A stretch of DNA of 64,000 bases. Origin: Catajapyx aquilonaris (Eukaryota). The position numbers and the translations under genes are program-made. The stretch covers positions 1 to 64,000 of the forward strand of contig JYFJ02002013.1 of NCBI GenBank assembly GCA_000934665.2, written 5' to 3'. Positions 1-12,023 of this stretch are shown piece after piece. The notes beneath the pieces were generated by a model. The model worked only from the letters and a program-made list of their open reading frames with translations. It ran no database searches and was not told the DNA's origin. The stretch's first letter is position 1, and each line of letters opens with the position of its first letter.

Positions 1-74
1 CTATCCTGAGGCGAGCTCGCCAGCTTCTGGCGACCTGGCGGCAAGCTCGCGGCTATGTTAAATTTTGGTAAGGG

Positions 75-293
75 GTGCAAAGTGCAAGTGCAAGTGCAAG
101 TGCAATGTCGTTGCTTGGTCATTTTGTGAACTCCCCCGGGTGGATTAGTCTAGCGGAGATTCCACCCGAGACGAAGCCAGAGATGACCCAACTCTGTACG
201 TGATGAAGCGGGGGAACCCCGGGCTGGGATAGAACCCGGGACCGTAACATCCGTGGGCGCATACGTTACCGCAAAGCCACGCCGTCGTCTCCC
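75..293 (-). mobile_element. tRNA-derived SINE, 3'-truncated
   Basis: Reverse-complement match to the head and core of the element at 1402-1741 (core CCACCCGGGGGAGTTCACAAAATG). Confidence 0.8.
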
Positions 294-1401
294 TGCATAT
301 AGGCATTATTTTGGACATATATTTTGGACATTTTGGACGTAGACAACCTGCCCCTTACTGCAATATACGTACTGTAGTTAGTGTAGTAGGAGGTAGTAGG
401 AGGTGACAAAAGGGTTATATTTTTGACGCTTTTCACTCACTAAAAAATACACAATGTACATATAGGTTCTGTCAAAATATAATTACACAACTTTATACAA
501 TATACCACAAATACAGTACGGTATATTTACTGGACAATATTATTACACAAAATTGGACGACAAAAAACACTCACCACAAAAATACCAGAATCATAATGTA
601 TATTCAATAAATCAGTGCCCTTCCTTTGAGTTTATTCAGTGCAAACGTATTGTAGCTGAAGAACAACAAATAGTGTTATTTTAAGGGCCTTATACTTCTT
701 CCAGCCAATTAATATGACATCTCTCGATATTCAGAAATTGTAAATTTGTGATTTTTTTTTGTAATAGAATAGCTTCAGTTGTCTTCATGTCATATGGGCT
801 CGTATGCAGTCTAGTATCGGCAACCTGTGGCTCATGTGTCAAAGGTAATCAGCACCTTCGACACCATTATTAAATCACACGTTGTAGACAATATTGCTAA
901 CTGATGCCTCGCTCAGATTAGTTCACGGTAACATGTGGTGGTGTAAGGGTGTTATTTTACTAATTGCATCTGTCTTCGATCTTCTCCATTGAATCACTGG
1001 CCGGATAGTGAAAAAGTAGATGAGCTCAACCAAGCTGACAAAGCTGAATCCGATGAACAGGCCAACAATACCTCCAAAGGAAGCTGGAATAATCGTCATT
1101 GTTACTAATCCTATACCAACCCCATGTGTACGAGATTATATTTACCAATGAAATCGTTTGCTGTGAAGATTACGTCTTGTTGGAATACTACGAAGGTTTC
1201 CTCTTTGAAGAACACTTTGAGAAAGGCCAAATTGTTTCTGTAAAAAGGGAAGTATAGAGTTAAAAGCAGAAATCCAGAAAAATATGCATTAACGCTTGCG
1301 GTTATAGTTTAACTTATATACATTTGGTGGTGGTGGATAACCGTGAAGGGATTTTGTAATTTTCAGAGCAGGAATTTATAATACAGTATCAGATAGGGAA
1401 T

Positions 1402-1741
1402 AGGGGGAGACGGAGTGGCGCCGCGGTAACGTGTGCGCCCACGGATGTTAAGGTCCCGGGATCTAATCCCGCCCGGGGACACCCCCTTCATCCGTGCAGA
1501 GTGTGGGTCGTCTCTGGCTTCGTTTCTGGGTGGAATATCCAATAGACACATCCACCCGGGGGAGTTCACAAAATGACCTAGTACAGCATATGCACTGCAC
1601 TTTGCACATCCCCTCCTGTCATCCCGCCCGTGGGCCCGGGCGTTTCGTAAAAAGGTTCCAAACTGTAAACAACTTGGTAAATAAAGGCTGTGCTGATGCC
1701 CGAAAGGGTGAGCACTAACCCACAATTATATAATAAAAAAA
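1402..1741 (+). mobile_element. tRNA-derived SINE, full length, in intron 8 of copy 1
   Basis: GGGGAGACGGAG head, A-box-like TGGCGCCGCGG, degenerate B box, A/T-rich tail. Perfect 11-bp target-site duplication AGATAGGGAAT at 1391-1401 and 1742-1752. Confidence 0.9.
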
Positions 1742-2282
1742 AGATAGGGAATGACAAGCACAGGGCTTTAAATTCTCATATTTTAAGGCATAAATATAAG
1801 AATGGAATATTTCCTAAAATGTTATATTTTGGTATTTCACTTCTGTTGAAATAGTGAGTTACAAGTCCTCTTGTAGCAGTTTTGAATGATGCAAAATTAT
1901 AAACTGTGACATAGGCCCTACTGTGTATTTTTGTACTGACTTGTACCAGAAGAACTACTAAATCAATGAAAATAATGATTAACTTGAATAGCGCACCTGT
2001 TAATATCTTCGGGAATATGCTTAAGGTCTTCTGGAAACTTGGGAAATGTGGCCTCGCTTATCTCGTTATTGTAAGTGTCAAAGTGACAGGTGGGAGGGCA
2101 GTCGCAAGAATCCATGGATGTCATGTTTATTAATCCTCTTATTTCTTTATCCGGAGTCACAGTTAAAAATTTGGCTGGAATGTACAATAAAATTACGACT
2201 TGTCAATATAATAATTAATTGATTAATTAATGAGAGTTTCAACTACGGATCGGTTTCTCGTCCCAATGCAGTAAAGCTATGA

Positions 2283-2711
2283 GACGCATACAGAAAGTAA
2301 TTTCCGTTTTTAATTAGAAAATCCACAATCTTATGTACCGCCAGAATTTTTATTTACACATACGAAATCGACAACTGTCTACTTTTCGTCAAAAAATTTT
2401 GATCACCTGGGATTTAGAACCTAGCAATTACCACCTGTTCATGGACAGGGAGAAATGGCTTGCAAAGCTGAACGTTTCGATGGCGAGGACTTGCAATCCA
2501 GCATTCAGGGATCGCTGAAATGACTGACGGCAGACCTCTATGACATAGGCATACAAAATATTGTGTAACTCAATGGGAAATGCCCCAATTTGGCTGGAAA
2601 CTATTTTGAAAAAAAATTGACAGTTGTCTATTTCAGATGTGTAAATAAAAATTATGGGGGTGCATTGGGGATTTTCTAATTAAAAAACAAAACTTACTTT
2701 CTGGATGGGTA
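2283..2711. mobile_element. MITE with about 105-bp imperfect terminal inverted repeats, intron 7 of copy 1
   Basis: About 2290-2395 is the reverse complement of about 2604-2704. It is absent from the homologous intron of copy 3 (about 12970-13015). Confidence 0.75.
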
Positions 2712-3992
2712 CAATCATCATCAATCACTCAATAACGTGCTTCTCCAATAAGGCTAAGGTAGTGAAATAAGCCCATTATAAGCAATTTGTTATTCAAATT
2801 TTTGTGTTTGACAGATTCAGGTATCCCCAGCATATGGAAGAGAAACCCAATCTATACTGTAGGTTCTTACTCGTATGATAATTGATGCACTGCATTCCTG
2901 TGTAATTGCAAAGAGTTTGATTGGCTGGAAATAATTTAGTCAATTAATGTTCCCTGGTATGCAGAAGAATAATCTACTAATAGAATATTGAGAAGATTCC
3001 TTATTATTATAAAAAATATTATACTAGCCGTATATATTAAAGAATCATGTACAATAAATTATCATAACAATCAATATTCAATTATATAATTTTATGTTAA
3101 AGTGAACCGAGATACTCACACAATTGATGATACATGTATGGAACACAGCCGCATGTTTCTCTCATGGAGGCCAATGCACACTCCAAGCGGCAATGGCTGC
3201 GGGTGTACCGCGGAAAATAATTCAGTTTCCTCTCTTTAGAATACCTGCAAATGCGTTTCGATGCAGGAGTTTCTCGAATTCGGTTTGTGCTTCTAGAGGT
3301 CGTTGGAGTTACAGCCACGTAAACCTCATTGCCTGATTCCACTAAAAATGACTTTGATGCCACGAATGGAAATTCTTTTGGATTGTCAATTTTCACCTGT
3401 AGAGAGACTAATACTGTAATAAATTGAGTGTATAGATCCATACCAGGATGGGTTTTGCTATGTAATACGATCGTTTTTGTTGTATTACATTATTATATGA
3501 CATGCTGCGTAGCAATGGCCACAGGAGGCGCTAGGGATCTGGCAGAATTTTAACTTTAATTTTAATGGGAGGCACCTGATGGCCAATGTCAGAAAAGAGA
3601 TGCAGTTTTAAAATATAGTTAGGAACAACTTTACCGAAATAATTGTGATATACCTCAAAATCCATCCAGGAAGGGACACTTTCTGATTCAAAAGAAAACG
3701 AAGAAAAAATAATAAATGTAAATAATAACTTATAGAAATACCCTGAAAAACACAATACCCTGAATCCAATAATGTTACTGGAATATGAGAAGTATTCTTC
3801 CGCTTCTGGATTCAGCAAGACGACTAATCCCACATTTGGTCCGGATCCGGCTATTTTGTGTCTGCAGATAAGTGCATACAAATTATTGCTACGATAATAA
3901 TGAGCGGAACTAAATCGTGTTTTGAAGGTCGGGTTTCACCAACCTGGTTAAAACAAACCTGGTTAAAAAAATGCAACAGTCACGAGATTTAG

Positions 3993-4050
3993 AAACATGT
4001 TCGTTTGAGTCATTTTTTAAAGAATTGACGTGACTCAAACGAACATGTTT
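3993..4050. repeat. Perfect 20-bp inverted repeat with an 18-nt spacer
   Basis: AAACATGTTCGTTTGAGTCA (3993-4012) and TGACTCAAACGAACATGTTT (4031-4050). Confidence 0.85.
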
Positions 4051-5947
4051 GATACATTTACGGTATATGAGTGACAATGGGCTGTGATAATATTACTGCA
4101 TCTCAAATGAAAGTAGCATTTGTCAGTCACTTTGTTAAGATCTGCGAAATTATTATACCGCAGCACAGACCTTTAACAAACCTCGTTAATGTAAGTGATA
4201 GATGGTCTGTCTGTGGCTCCCTGAGGCCATAAGGATTTTTGGAATAAATATTGTTACCGTACGCACTAAAAATTCTGCGTCCACAAGGTACTTATATTGT
4301 TGTGATGGGGGCACAGATCACAAGTAGTCTATAATATTGTTACAGTTTTTAAGCCACTTAAAATAATATATATAACACAGACAATAAGAGTGTAATTTCT
4401 GCACCATGTGTAATCCTAATCATGCCTTAGTTACCTTTTATGCTCAATTCCCACACTGAATCCCCAGCAAAATCCTGAGTCTGTCACAGTAAGTTTTAAA
4501 ATATCTGTACAGTTGACTGGCTTGCTTATCCACCAGCAAGCCACTGCCATGCGTTCGATTGGCTGCATCACCTGAGAAAACCGGCAAAGTCACAAATAAT
4601 AGTGTCAAGATCAGAAGGCATGAAATGTCATATCCATTGTGAATCCGAAGAGTTATTATGGATTTCTTTGGCCTAATATGCTTATTTAAAATTGTAATTA
4701 TGTGCATATTATTAGTTGCTTATATATTATTTCTACTAACCACTAAAACTATGTAAAAGTAACTTCTGAATTATTAAAATCTTCATTCAAGAAATTACAA
4801 ATAACTACGGACATTATATATTATTTTCGAACACTTCTCATACTTGCAGAGTTCCACTGTGGTGATCAGTTACTTTTTCCCCTTACCTCTCTCATTAGTG
4901 CGTTCAGATCTTCACCTGTCAATTCCTCAACTGCCCTTTGGAAATCCTCCTTTGGCACCTCACTTGATGACCACATATTCGTATCCACCTCTCCGATTTT
5001 AGCTATATTATCCACAATAGCCTCAATAACTTCCACAGAATATTGGCTCCATCTGAAATGGGCCAAGATTGAAATGTGAGCTGTTAAATTAGATAATTGT
5101 GACCCATTTTATGTTATAGTCATCTACTATTTAAAATTCACCTCGGCGTCCGCAGCTGGTCACGGACCCGTGCTTTCAAGGCCTTGTTCACATTGCATAA
5201 TTATAGTAATTCCTGGAAATGCAACACTCCATATTGGTTCCGACACTGAAGCTCTATATTTGTAGCTATAGGCGTCTCCATGTATCTCTCAAAAATAGGA
5301 TGCAAGTAGTAAGCAGTTCCTAATGTTGCACCGATGCAAAATAATATCCACAGGACCCTGAAAGTGGGACCTTGCATCAACAGACACACTATCTATAGGA
5401 ACATTCTCACTAGACACTACCTCACATAGCACTTCCTGTGCTTTGGTCTAAACCTCATGGCACACATTCATGTCTCGAGCTGACCTCACCCTCCTTCATG
5501 TGAACAAACATTATCTATTCACTTTATACTAAATAATATTAAAAATAGTTTACCTTTCAAAAGTAATGTTTGAGTCCCTAGTAATGTACTTGAATCCATG
5601 TAATGAAGTGTTATCGCAGTATTCCTTGACACATCCGTAAGCAAATGCAGATTTCTTGAATTTCTTGCTGGTCTGACGCGATTCTGACGTGACCCTTCCA
5701 TTTATGGTACTACTCCATGTTAGTCCCTTCACCTGTGACTGCTTTGCAGTCGTCCGGTTCTGTCGATTATTTCTTGTCCAGTAGTTATCGAAGGAAGAAG
5801 AATCCGTGGCCTCATGATATCGACGAGAAAGAAAATCATTCATATTCCAAATTATAATTATTTGAAAAACCTGAAACCGAACACAATTTATTAAGGTTAC
5901 CAAAGTTGTCATATTATACAGTAATAGGCCCTAAATGTATCTTATTA

Positions 5948-6048
5948 CAGTTGAATCCGGATATAACAGCATCGGCTATAACAGACGTTCGGTTATAACA
6001 TACTTATTTCCGCGGTCCCTTGAAGTCTGTTATATCCGGATTCAACTG
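5948..6048. mobile_element. 101-bp pogo/Tigger-like MITE
   Basis: Perfect 22-bp TIR CAGTTGAATCCGGATATAACAG with internal TATAAC repeats. TA on the left flank only. Confidence 0.8.
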
Positions 6049-7445
6049 GATAAGTATACGGTTGTATGCTATACAGTAATAGATCGGATTGAAAGGTTAG
6101 CATACTGACGTTTTCTGATCGGATGTGAAGAGGTGTGGAATAGCTTGTATAGATAAGATATGATACCTGTATAGCAGGCCCTACACTGTACATTCGGAGT
6201 GGGAATGCAATCCAAATGACGACGACGTTGTGTATCACATGCTAAGGCCAGAGTGTCTCCCTAATAACCATATCTAAAACACCTTGTATTTCTTCAAGAA
6301 ACACAATAGTTACTGCAGGCATGTCAACCAAACATCATCCACCAGGGAATTACACAAATATCAATATACATGCTTGATGTCAAGTGATGTAATAGATCAA
6401 GCAATGGTTCTACGCACCCCGTATTGTATCAGAAGACTACATTCAATATTAATATTTTTTCACTATGGTGTGATGTGGTTCATCGCCTGACAATGTTGCA
6501 TGCAATGTCCTCGAAAATTACCTTGATTCCTCTGCCTATTGCTGTGACGTATGTTATGGACATAAAAAATACTGAACGCTTGTAAAAGGTGAACCATTTT
6601 GATGCTTATTTATTCCGTCCAGAAATGGAATGAACCATACTTTCGTTGTTAACCGTTAGACCTCTCGCTTGATCACCTAATCATACATTTGAAGCTTCTT
6701 CTCTTACAAGGTCTGTGCGAGCATAATATTATTAGATTCTCCGATTTATTTTGTTCGATCTCATATGATGCTCATGAACTATAATGACTCTGTACAATCA
6801 TTATCTATGCCCTATGGCTATGGAACAGTATGTTTTGGTATCAGATGTGTTTATTACATGAACATGGTAGCTACCGTATCTGTTTGGTGCCTTTACTGAT
6901 GTTGTGGAAGTAGGTGACAAAAGGGTTGTATTTGTGAGTTTTATCACCCATCCAAAAAAAGACACAACGTGGCTTCTCCCAAAATATATACAATTTTATG
7001 CAATAAATACAACAAATTATTATAATTATTACACAAAATCAAGCTACAAAAATAACACTTCCCACAAATGTGATAAACAAGGCGTAATAAACCAGTCTCC
7101 TTCCCTCCAATTTCTTATAATTACGCCCTAAAGTTACAGAAACACATAAGAACATGTCATTTGATGGGAGTCGTTTTCTGCCAGAAAACTCATATTACTG
7201 TACAAGTACATCAATCTACGTATCAGAAGTTCCAAAGAAAAAATGTGCAATGTTTTTGAAATAACATAATTATTATAAGAGTTATAATAGTTTCCTTTAT
7301 GTCATAATGCCTCTTACGCAGTACTGACAATTGCTGCCTAATTTAAAAAGAAAAATCGACACGCTCGATAATTTTATATTGAAATCAGACATTTTATAGA
7401 TAGCCTACGCATTGTTACTGTTCACTTTGCCATATCGGTATCTGT

Positions 7446-10400
7446 TCAAGGTAGCATATGGTGGCGCAAGGGTGTGATTTTACTAATTGCATCTGTCTTC
7501 GATCTTCTCCATCGAATTATTGGCCGGATAGTGAAAAAGTAAATGAGCTCAACCAAGCTTACAAAGCTAAAGCCAATGAAGAGGCCAACAATACCGCCAA
7601 AGGAAGCTGGAATATAAATAATTGTCATAATCATCACTACAATATTATTCCATGAACGAGAATTATTATATTTACCAATAAAGTCATTTGCTGTGAAGGT
7701 TAAGTCTTGCTGGAATACTACTAAAGTTTCCTCTTTGAAGAACACTCTAAGAAAGACCAAATTGCTTCTGAAAAAGATGGAAATAGAGTTAAAAGCAGCA
7801 ATTCAAGGATTAACTTTAAAATCCTACCTGTCAATACCTTCGGGAATATGCTTAAGGTCTTGGGGAAACCTGGGAAATGCGGCGTTGCTTATCTCGTTAT
7901 TGTAAGTGTCGAAGTTGCAGGTGGGAGGGCAGTCGCAAGAATCCATTGATGTGATGTTTATTAATCCCTTTAATTTCTTATTCGGCGTCACAGTTAAAAA
8001 TTTAGCTGCAATGTACAAATTATAAAGTTACTTATCAGTATGATAACATTATTCGTTAACATGTTACAGGAAAAGTCCACTATATTCTAATTTTGACAAT
8101 AATAATTGTATGTGAGAGGAAATCTTGTAAAAGTCCCCAGTGTTTACACGAAAAACCCAGCCTAAGGTCTTATTCGTATGGCTGTTGATGCACTGCATTC
8201 CTGTGTAATTGCAGAGTGTTTGATTGGCTGTAAGTAATACGGAAAACATTTCCCATTACTTGACGGCTTCATTGTGCAACTTAAAATTGAGACAATCCCA
8301 TGCAAGTAGAGAGGTTTTGAAAACTACGGTATATGCATGTATTCATGAATAATAATAAACCGCAGGTGAACAAAACGTTGAATATTAAAATATAAGTTCT
8401 GTATATTGAAGTCAACAGAGATACTCACACAATCGATGATACATGTATGGGACACAGCCGCATGTTTCTTTCATGGAGAGCAAGGCACACTCCAAGCGGC
8501 AACGGCTGCGGGTATACCCTGAGAAATAATTTAGATTTTTCTCATCAGCATATCTGCAAACTCGATTTGATGTTGGAATTTCTTTTATTCGTCTTGTGCT
8601 TCTAGTGATTGTTGGAGTTACAGCCACGTACACCTCATTTCCTGATTCCGCTAAAAAGGATTTTGATGCCACGAATGGAAATTCCTTTGGACTGTCAATC
8701 CTCACCTGCAGAGGAAAAAATTATGTAACAAATATAGTGCAATGATGCCTGATGGGTATTGTGGTGTAATACGATAATTTCGGTTACATTACATGAGAGG
8801 AAACGCCAACAGTCTCAGTTGTTAAGCATTTGGTTTTTAATAACGAAAACCTAGGCTTGAAATGCATGATCATTACGCGTTAGCAATGGCCAAAGAAGAT
8901 CCTATATATAGGAACGTGGCAAGATTTTAACTCAAAATTTCATGGCAATGGTATGTTTTGTCAATTTTTTTGAATCGCATGATGTTTGCACTAGCAATAA
9001 TATTTATAAAATTAAAAATTTGCGAAATTAATCATAAATTCGCATTGTAATACTTCATTTGAGGTGTTATCACATTGTTCAACCAGGATTTGTTGAATTA
9101 TATATCCGTTTAAGTGACATATGCAATAAAATTCCCCATTATCTACCAGTGTGACAGAAATGATGATTTTGAAATATTTATAGTGCCTTCAATGGGCATA
9201 TGAAATTCGAAAAAATTGCAAATTATTCAATTATCAAGCCTAGATTTTTACTACTCAGAGAAAAGATGTTACTGTCAATGTTTTTCTAATGTAGTTAATA
9301 ACAACATACTTTCAACAGACATTATTTTGGCATCATACATGTCCAAGTCCATTTTATAGAAGAGATTTCTGATTTAAAAAAGAAAAGAGGAGAAAAACCA
9401 TAGATGTAAACATTATAGAAATAATTCAAAACACAAATACCCTGAATCCAATAATGTTACTGGAATATGAAAAGTATTCATCCGCTTCTGGATTCAGGAG
9501 GACGACTAATCCCACGTTTGGTCCCGCTCCTGTTACTCTATGCCTGCAATATAAGCAATGAACCAAAATCATCATCATCATCATCATCCATCATCCATCA
9601 TCCATCATCATCATCAATTTATTTATTTATTTATTTACCTTGTACTCGGGCTCCCCAAATTGAATCCCCAGCAGAATCCTGCGTCTGTCACAATAAGTTT
9701 AAAAATATCTGAACAGTTGACTGGCTTGCTTATCCACCAGCAAGCCACTGCCATGCGTTCGATTGGCTGCATCACCTAAGAAAACCAGCAAAGCCACTAA
9801 TAATAGTGTCAAGATCAGGCATGTAAATGCCAAATATTTGCAAAGTATTCCTATTGAAATATTAGTAGCTGTTAAGGATTTAAGTATATAATCTGCTGAT
9901 TTTGAATGGTAATTTTCGCAAAGTAACTTTTAATGAGTCAGTTGTACAAGTAGAAGCTAAAATTTTAGGACTGATAGAAATATCTTGTTATTTACAATGA
10001 GCCCAGCTGTCCAAATTGTAGAAATACGTATATGGCAAATAAATCAGTAACTGTAATAACTACGGATATTTTACCGTATTTGGGACAATTAGCACACAGT
10101 CATGCAGAGTTTTTTTTTTTGCCTCTGTTACGTTTTTCCCCTTACCTCTCTCATTAATACGCTCAGATCTTTACCGGTCAGTTCTCTAATTGCCCTTTCG
10201 AAATCCTCTTTTGGCACTTCACTTGACCCCATTTTCGTATCTACCTGTGAGAGTTTAGCAATATTATCCACAATAGCGTCAATAACCTCCGAAGAATACT
10301 GGCTCCATCTGAAACAAGACAGAATCGAAATGTGAGCTGTTTAATTCGATGATTGTAACCATGATTGTCTTGCTATATATATATATACGATTTTGCAAAT

Positions 10401-11093
10401 TTCACCTAGGCTCTTTCACTAGAGCTTGGACCAGTAATTTCATGGCCTTGTTCACATTGCATATAGTAATTCCCGGAAAGTAAGGTCTCCAAATTGGTTC
10501 CGAAACTGACGAGACAGTTGTACTTATTGGTGTTTCCATGTATCTCTCAAAAATAGGACGCAAGTAGTAAGCCGTTCCAAATGTCGCGCCGATGCAAAAG
10601 AATATCCAGAGTACCCTGAAAATGGAACAGTAGATATAGTCAGCCGCGATCGAGACGTGTTCACTGCCATGGAATTATAGACACGACTGGACATATTATT
10701 CCTTTGGTTTGTACGTGACAAAATCACATTCCAGCACAATGTCTCGAGCTCATTTGACCTTCTTTAGTGTAACCAAAAGTTATCTCTTCACTCTTTACTA
10801 AATAATGGCAGGTAGCCTACCTTTCAAATGTAATGTTCGAGTCCATAGTAATGTACTTGAGTCCATGTAATGAAGTGTTATCGCAGTATTCCTTGACACA
10901 CCTGTAAGCAAATTCAGACTTCTTTCTTTTCTTGATGGTCTCACGCGATTGTGACATGACCCTTCTATTTAGGGCATTCCATGTCATAGCCTTCACACGT
11001 GGATGCATCGTTGTCGTCCGTTTCGGTGCTTTGATTCTTGTCCAGTCATCGAAGAAAAAAGAATCTGTCGTGTCATAATATGGATGAGGAATA
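7446..11093 (-). pseudogene. DEG/ENaC (pickpocket-like) channel copy 2, probable pseudogene
   Basis: All 10 exons have open frames (about 11093-10821, 10615-10406, 10308-10146, 9775-9639, 9543-9441, 8705-8429, 8227-8174, 8005-7828, 7767-7676, 7606-7446). The native ATG and upstream region are deleted; the next Met is at 11008. The intron 7 donor is ATAAGA instead of GTAAGA (8173-8168). Confidence 0.75.
9569..9636. repeat. (CAT)n / (TTTA)n compound microsatellite, intron 4 of copy 2
   Basis: Directly visible. Confidence 0.9.
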
Positions 11094-12023
11094 ATCCGAT
11101 ATGAGATAAGTTGAGGACATAAGTTGCTGATTTTGTCAGGGCGTGACCGTGACCCAGCACATCAGAATGGCCCTATAAGTGTAATAATTATATTCATACG
11201 CCATGGCATTAAGTAGGCCTGGCAATGTTTCATGAAATGTCTTGGAAAAATGGCCTTGGTTCGAAGGACGTAAATTGCTGAGCTTTCATATAATATAGTA
11301 TTAATCGGAAGCTTAGATATTTCAATACGCAAATCATATTTTGCAGAAATTATAGCCATACCTTCGTTATTGACGGTAAGACATTTCGAGTTGTTCACGT
11401 AAGCAAACATATTATGCCAGCATATCGTATTCTCAGATTGATTTTGCACGAGTTTATTTGCGCATGTATTGCCTTACATTGCATGCATGTATTAGCCCGG
11501 CGTCAAAATAGACAAAAAAATTACATCTGGGATTAGCGCAGTATTGTCAAGCTCTTGGTATTGTACGTGCAGAACTATAAAGAGTAAAAGTTAGTTTATT
11601 GTACAGTACCTTAGGTATTATTGCTAGCTTCTCACTCACCTAAAAAGACACAGCATATAGGTTCTGCCAAATTGTGCATACAACATTACCCACTACGCAG
11701 TTTCAGACTAGAATGAACACTCACCACAAATACGAAGTCCAAAACAATATTTCACAAAGTATTAAGGACATTTCAGTTTCCCCGAGCAATATATTCGTAT
11801 ATTGCTTATACCACAATAGCCCTATTTAGAATTAAAAGAAATTGGTGGCATTTGTATGACGTAGCTGCTGTGTGACGTCTTACGGGAGTGTATTATGTAT
11901 TATCCGTGTTATTATTGGCTTAGTGGCTTATGTGGAAAGGAAAATCAGAACCTTGACACCATGCACTGCATTCTCACATTGTACACATACTATTTTGCTA
12001 ACTGATGCCTTGTCCAGATTTGT

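Larger units (their letters stand above)
923..5843 (-). pseudogene. DEG/ENaC (pickpocket-like) channel copy 1, frameshifted in exon 2
   Basis: Exons: 5843-5554, 5357-5142, 5052-4887, 4571-4435, 3861-3759, 3396-3120, 2924-2871, 2174-1997, 1237-1146, 1083-923, all GT-AG. Motifs NTSLHGFKY, CRLEC..CGCVPY, FGGIVGLFIGFS. Exon 2 has +2 and +4 nt insertions relative to paralogs, with a TAA (5201-5203) between them. Confidence 0.85.

Noticed and set aside
1..74. Possible DNA-transposon end (..AATTTTGGTAAGGG) truncating the first SINE
   Set aside because: Cut by the window edge; the partner terminus and TSD cannot be seen.
1690..1715. Hammerhead ribozyme or SECIS in the SINE tail (CTGATG..GAAA)
   Set aside because: It lacks the CUGAUGA core with GAAA after stem II and the SECIS quartet geometry; the motif is not kept in the other copies.
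1363..1725. ORFs of 70-120 aa here and at 22283-22624 and 56855-57404 that resemble one another
   Set aside because: They are translations of the SINE; the similarity is at the DNA level and the frames are not conserved.
3515..3535. CTCF-like motif GCCACAGGAGGCGCTAG
   Set aside because: Imperfect spacing, and degraded in the homologous intron of copies 2 and 3; probably part of an old repeat.
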